From: an uncultured Alphaproteobacteria bacterium
Lineage (GTDB): Bacteria > Pseudomonadota > Alphaproteobacteria > Rhizobiales > Methyloligellaceae
DNA: 64,000 nt
Direction of reading: 5' to 3'
NCBI GenBank assembly: GCA_963747175.1
Contig: CAVVDW010000021.1
Span: forward strand, 612-64,611
The notes under the pieces are model-generated. The model saw only the letters and a program-made list of their open reading frames with translations. It searched no databases and was not told the DNA's origin. A program made the position numbers and the translations under genes. Shown piece after piece: positions 59,506-64,000 of this stretch (its first letter is position 1; every line of letters starts with the position of its first letter).

Positions 59506-59817
59506 CTAGACGTTGGTGTCGCCGGGGAAGCTGCCGTCGGGATGCGGACACTTCACCCTTTTCACGTACCAGCCCGGGTGGTCCAATTCCCAGCGCGGCG
59601 TCTCCATCAGGCTGGCGCGCGAGCAGACATAAGGATCGGCGAAATTGGGCGTGGGCGCGCCGTTGCCGAAATCGTTCGGGTCGTACATCTGAATGATCTC
59701 GTTGCGGCAGGTCGCCTCGTCGAGCTTAATGCCGTCGACGGGATTGCCGTTCACGTCCAATGGCCCCTGATTGGAGAGGGCGTGACACACGACGAACATG
59801 AGCGCGGTCGGGGTCAT
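59506..59817 (-). CDS. Small Cys-containing hypothetical protein
   Basis: VVCH...C...C...PGW.VKRVKC pattern; plausible codon bias. Confidence 0.55.
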   Translation of the reverse strand: MTPTALMFVVCHALSNQGPLDVNGNPVDGIKLDEATCRNEIIQMYDPNDFGNGAPTPNFADPYVCSRASLMETPRWELDHPGWYVKRVKCPHPDGSFPGDTNV

Positions 59818-60269
59818 TCAGATCACCAGCAATCAGCTATTTGCGGCTCCAAGCGCTTACAATCAGCCCGAGGTTGCCGAAGCGCAACAGAATTCAGGTA
59901 TTTGGCCAGGTTGCGCCCGTTCAACTCTTCGAGCATACCCCCTCCAGCCTGCCCGCGGATTCGGCCGCGCCTCTTTGGCCCCGTCACTTAGATAAAGTGA
60001 TATGCGAAGGGCCCATTTGGCCGCTAATGTAGGGTGTTAAGCGGGAGAGCAGACGGCCGCGCGGTCCGGCACGGTTCGGCATTGGCTCGCATTAGCGCCT
60101 CAAGGGCGCGCAATTGAGGGACATTCGGTGGCCTTCTCGCGATCCAAGCCTTCGGCGTCGGCCGGGGAGTAGCGGCGCGTTCGTTCAGTGTCCTTGGAGT
60201 TGGCATCTTCATGCGTCCTACGAGACATGAGGCTCGCCATGAACCCGGGCGGTAGCGGAGCATCACCGC

Positions 60270-62238
60270 ATGGCAAGCCCTTTGCGTGAGAAACGCACTT
60301 GGCCTCCGCGGGAAAAGGACGCGGACTCGGCAGAGTCCGCCGCGTTCGAGGCGACCGTTGCCGTCGTCAAGGAGACCGTTGTCAGGTCCGGCGAGGTCCT
60401 TGTCTCGGCGAAGGAGGACCTAACCGACCATAAGCGCTGGCTCGAGGCGCAGCGCGCGGCGGTTCAGGCCGACCGCGCGCGTCATGAGCGTTGGCTTCTG
60501 AAGCAGCAGGAGAAGCAGGAGGCGCTTGATAGGCGCGAGCGCGCCAAGCGCCGGCGCCAACTGATGCGCCAGAATGCCATGCGCGCCGTCGAGAACGCGG
60601 CCTTTGCTGTCCTCGAACTCGGTGCTGTCGCTGTTCTGGACCTGCGTCGGCAAGATCGCTGCCTTCTTCGCCTATCTGCGCGACTCGATCTTACGTGGCT
60701 TCGCCTGGGTCGGTGCACGGCTCCGCGACCTCGCCGCGCACGTCACGCGACTGGCCAAGGCCGGCGCCTCGGCCATCGCCGGCAAGACACGCGCGCTCGC
60801 GGGCTCAGCGGGGAGCGCGCTCTCGGCGGCAGGCTCCTCTGTCGCCGCCAAATCCGGCGAGCTTGCGCGGTTCACAGGAAGCGCGCTTACCGCCGCAAGC
60901 TCATTGGTCGCGGCAAAGTCCGCCGAGATGGCGCGCTCGACCGGCAATGCGCTTTCGGCAGCGGGCTCTTCGGTCGCAGCCAAATCGGCCGAGATTGCAG
61001 AGGCGGCTGGCCTCCATTCCACAGCCGCGAGTTCGCCGGCTCCCGCAGAGCTCGCGGATGTCGGTGGCGATCAGGCTGCGGTCGCCCCGGCCGAGCCAAT
61101 TCCGGCAGGCACACCTTATGCTCTCGCCGAAGCAGCTCCCGTCGCTCTCGCAGAGGAACCCGCTGCGCCTCTTGCGGAGGAATCTGCTCCCGTCCAACCA
61201 GTTGAAGGCGCCGCGGTGCCCACGGCAGGGACAGCGATCGCAGCGCGGCTCGCCCCCATTTTCGCGCGCGTGGCGACGACCGTGCGCACGAGCGTGGAAA
61301 CGCTCGCGCGTCTGATAGCGGCGCTATCGGCCAAGGCGGCTCCTCTCGCGCGTTCCAGCGCTGAACGGGTGTCGGCCGGTCTCTCGGCGATCTCCGCGAA
61401 GGTGCGCACGGCTTCGCCGCAGCTTCATGGCGCGTTTCGCAAGGGCACGGAGACGGCCGGGCTCTATGCGAAGGAGGCTGCCGCGCGATCTGGCGCCCTG
61501 CTCGCCAGGATCAAGCCCTCTCCGAGCGCGCACGAAAACGAAGTATCTTCGTCGCCTGACGCGCTATCCTCGCAGGCTCCGGCGCGCGTAGGGGGCTACG
61601 ACCTTAGTCAAATGCTGATCATCTCTGGCGTCGTATTGCTCGTCTGCGGTGGGCTCCTGGTGGGGAGCGGCCTCGTGCTGCGCGCCGCCGGGAGCGGCTC
61701 GGGACCCTTGCTCGGGACGGCGGCGGTCGAGAAGCCGCCGTCGCCGCATGCCGTCGCCTGGTTCTTCGAGGAGCCGGAGCTTCCGATCGTCGAGCGGTCG
61801 GTTTTCTCGGCAGAGCTTACGCCGCACGGCGTGCGCCTCACCGGGCTCGCCATCAAGGCCGAGAACAATTCCGATGACCCGCTGTCGGGGCTGGAAGGCG
61901 TGGTCAAGCCCGACGCGAAGCGGCTCGACCTCAAGCTCGAGGTGAAGGTCGACATGGTCCCGGCCGAGGGGACAGAAGGTGCCGCGGCAGCGGCGGTGCA
62001 GGGGAACGGCGTCATTCCTCCGCACGCCTTCTTCAGGCTCGTGTTCTCCTTCCCGCCCGAGGCGCATGGCGAGGAGCCTGGCATCGCGCTCAACGACTTC
62101 ATCGCCGCTTATGGCGGCTTGATGCTGAAGCTTCGCTATAACGTGGCCGGCACGCAGAAATCGCTCATTCATTATTTGTCGCCGGAGATGCTGAAGGCGC
62201 AGCTCACCGAGATTCAGCACGAGGCCGACGGCTCCTAG
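60270..62238 (+). pseudogene. Large membrane-anchored Ala-rich protein, frameshift near 60610
   Basis: Coiled-coil N-terminus in one frame; 22-aa repeats, TM helix and C-terminal beta domain in another. Confidence 0.7.
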
Positions 62239-62257
62239 CTGGCGACGGTTCCGCCCC

Positions 62258-62620
62258 TCAGAAGCAGTTGACCGAGGTCAGCGCGCCACACCCCCTGATG
62301 CTGAGACAGGCCCTGAACTGGCTGCAACAGCGCGTGCCGCAGCCGGCGACGTCGGCCGTGGGATCGAGCGCTGTGGCCGTGCACACGCTGTTACAAGACT
62401 GAAAGTCGTTGTTGCAGACGCGCACGCTCTGGCTGCCCGGGCCGCACACCGAAGGCGGAGGCGCAGTCGACTGCGCCGGCGGGATCGGATTGCCGAACGA
62501 CTGGCCCTGCGTCCCTTGGGTACCTTGTGTTCCTTGCAAGCTCGTTTGCGCGAGCGCACCGGACTGGAGCAACAGCAATAGAAGAAGAGCCGACAATCCC
62601 CGTCTGATCATGTCCCTCAA
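62258..62620 (-). CDS. Secreted Cys-rich protein with (QGT)n linker
   Basis: Signal peptide; 10 Cys in the C-terminal half. Confidence 0.75.
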   Translation of the reverse strand: MRDMIRRGLSALLLLLLLQSGALAQTSLQGTQGTQGTQGQSFGNPIPPAQSTAPPPSVCGPGSQSVRVCNNDFQSCNSVCTATALDPTADVAGCGTRCCSQFRACLSIRGCGALTSVNCF

Positions 62621-62737
62621 ACTCGTAGTTCAAAAACTGCGTCTGAACGCTCGCATGATGCGGATTTCCCCGCGAGCGGCACCTGAGGAGTACAGTATCA
62701 CGGCAATATGGCGCGCCCTAGCGTCGGCCGCCGGCGC

Positions 62738-62843
62738 AAAGAAAAAGCCCGGCGGGATGGAGACCGGGCTTTCTCTTTTCGCTGACCTGAGCGGACCATC
62801 GGCTGGTGCTGGGTGGGAAGGCGGGCGCCGATGGCCAAAGGAC
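62738..62843 (-). ncRNA. Candidate EcfG-dependent small RNA with C-rich loops
   Basis: Upstream GGAAC-N17-AGTT (62875-62850); hairpin GCCATCGGC/GCCGATGGT; terminator AAGCCCGGT/GCCGGGCTT plus U-tract. Confidence 0.55.
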
Positions 62844-62990
62844 TCGTTGAACTCGGCCCCATGCCCGAAAGTTCCCCCTACAGGAATTGGACTCTTAGGC
62901 TCTCGCCGACAGACTTGGGCTCATTGTTGCCGCGATGGAAAAATACTGTCTCGCCGCCCTCGATTCTGAGATCTCCATAGAGCAGGCAAA

Positions 62991-63533
62991 ATGAAATCCT
63001 TAATAGCGCTGTTCCTCATTTCGCTCGCGACGCTCGCCGCGCCGGACATTGCCGCGGCCGCCACGGCGGATGAGATAAACACGTCCGCCAACGCCACTCT
63101 TCACCGGTTCGTCGAGCAAAATACAAGCGCCGAGGAGCTTGGCCGCAAGGCGGCGGGGGCCTTGGTGTTTCCCTCCATCATCAAGGCCGGCTTTGGATTA
63201 GGCGGCGCGTATGGAGAGGGCGTTCTCATCGTCCATGGCAATGCCGCCGGCTACTACAACATCGTGTCGGCCTCATTCGGCTTTCAAATGGGGGTACAAT
63301 CTCAGTCGCTCATCGTCCTGTTCATGACGGAAGAGGCCTTGAACCAATTCGAGCAGTCTTATGGATGGAAGGTCGGCGTCGACGGTTCGATCGTGGTCGT
63401 CACGCTCGGCGCGTCCGGCTCGATCGACACCAACAACCTGACGAGCCCGATCCTCGGCTTCGTCACGGATGAGACGGGGCTGATGTACAGCTTGAGCCTC
63501 GAAGGCTCCAAGATCACGCGCGTCACGCCCTGA
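62991..63533 (+). CDS. YSC84/SYLF lipid-binding domain protein
   Basis: LVFP.IIKAGF..GG.YGEG, S.GFQ.G.Q, GLM..LSLEG.KI. Confidence 0.9.
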   Translation: MKSLIALFLISLATLAAPDIAAAATADEINTSANATLHRFVEQNTSAEELGRKAAGALVFPSIIKAGFGLGGAYGEGVLIVHGNAAGYYNIVSASFGFQMGVQSQSLIVLFMTEEALNQFEQSYGWKVGVDGSIVVVTLGASGSIDTNNLTSPILGFVTDETGLMYSLSLEGSKITRVTP

Positions 63534-63558
63534 GTGCGGAGTGGAAAGGACGCCAAAC

Positions 63559-63765
63559 ATGGATTGGAACCGGGTCGAAGGTAACTGGAAGCAGGCGAAG
63601 GGGAAGGTCAAAGAGAAGTGGGGCAAACTCACGGACGATGACCTAACCACCATCAATGGCCGCCGCGATCAACTCGAAGGAAAGATTTAGGAGCGGTATG
63701 GCTTGGCCAAAGATCAAGTCAAGCGAGACGTAGACGACTGGTACGCCGCTCAAGACTGGTCGTGA
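63559..63765 (+). pseudogene. csbD: CsbD-family stress protein with in-frame TAG at codon 44
   Basis: MDWNRVEGNWKQAKGKVKEKWGKLTDDDL...QLEGKI*ERYG. Confidence 0.85.
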
Positions 63766-64000
63766 GTTAGGCAGCATAGCCAACTTTTGCTGTCTGGCTA
63801 GAGGAGCCCAGGCCGTTCCCAATTCCGGCGTGGGCTTCCTCGCTTTTTCACAGCGTTGGCAGCTTGGCAATGGGCGGGGTTAATTCACCCGATGGGGGTA
63901 AGGGCAGGGCACCGATGGACTTAGTGACCAAGCCCAAGACCCTTCACCGGCAGTTAGTCGCACTTCAGTTGATGCGAACCAGCTTTATTGCTGTTTATTG

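Noticed and set aside
63688-63690. Pyrrolysine or amber recoding
   Set aside because: No pyl genes in the window, other genes use TAG as a normal stop, and the position is a conserved Gln (CAG)

Overview
GC-rich alphaproteobacterial chromosome segment. Gene content and order (thrS, folE-hisI, cysE-DUF3126, PQQ genes, XoxJ-like protein) suggest a Hyphomicrobiales methylotroph such as Methyloceanibacter; this is inference, no database search was run. Bases 1-8.1 kb are an accessory zone built on tRNA-Leu(TAA) attachment scars: a decayed satellite-like element (frameshifted tyrosine integrase, excisionase-like HTH, P-loop replication ATPase relic, iteron-like repeats), then a 2.7 kb integrase-less cassette bounded by two near-identical tRNA 3' fragments and containing a third, divergent one. 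The cassette holds three tandem units with GGAAC-N16/17-(C/A)GTT (EcfG/sigmaT-type) promoters, the first two ending in terminator-like hairpins and the middle one looking like a structured non-coding RNA. Bases 8.3-46 kb are mostly core metabolism (bdhA, adc, Mo-bisMGD oxidoreductase, dps, cysE, hisI, folE, thrS, nadK, glpK, SulP, CHASE2 cyclase, ugd, PQQ-associated binding proteins). A decayed accessory patch at 46.2-49.7 kb (Ku relic) precedes a secreted LNS2/HAD-like gene and pqqA-(no pqqB)-pqqCDE, which is divergent from oxyR across a four-box OxyR-like site. Other elements absent from the ORF track: the pqqA peptide, a tRNA-Thr anticodon-like hairpin in the thrS leader, a CtrA-type site, a deletion junction at about 10158 and a candidate ~105 nt stress sRNA near 62.8 kb. 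Caveat: indels cluster in patches and two clear cases sit in homopolymer runs, so some pseudogene calls may be sequencing errors.
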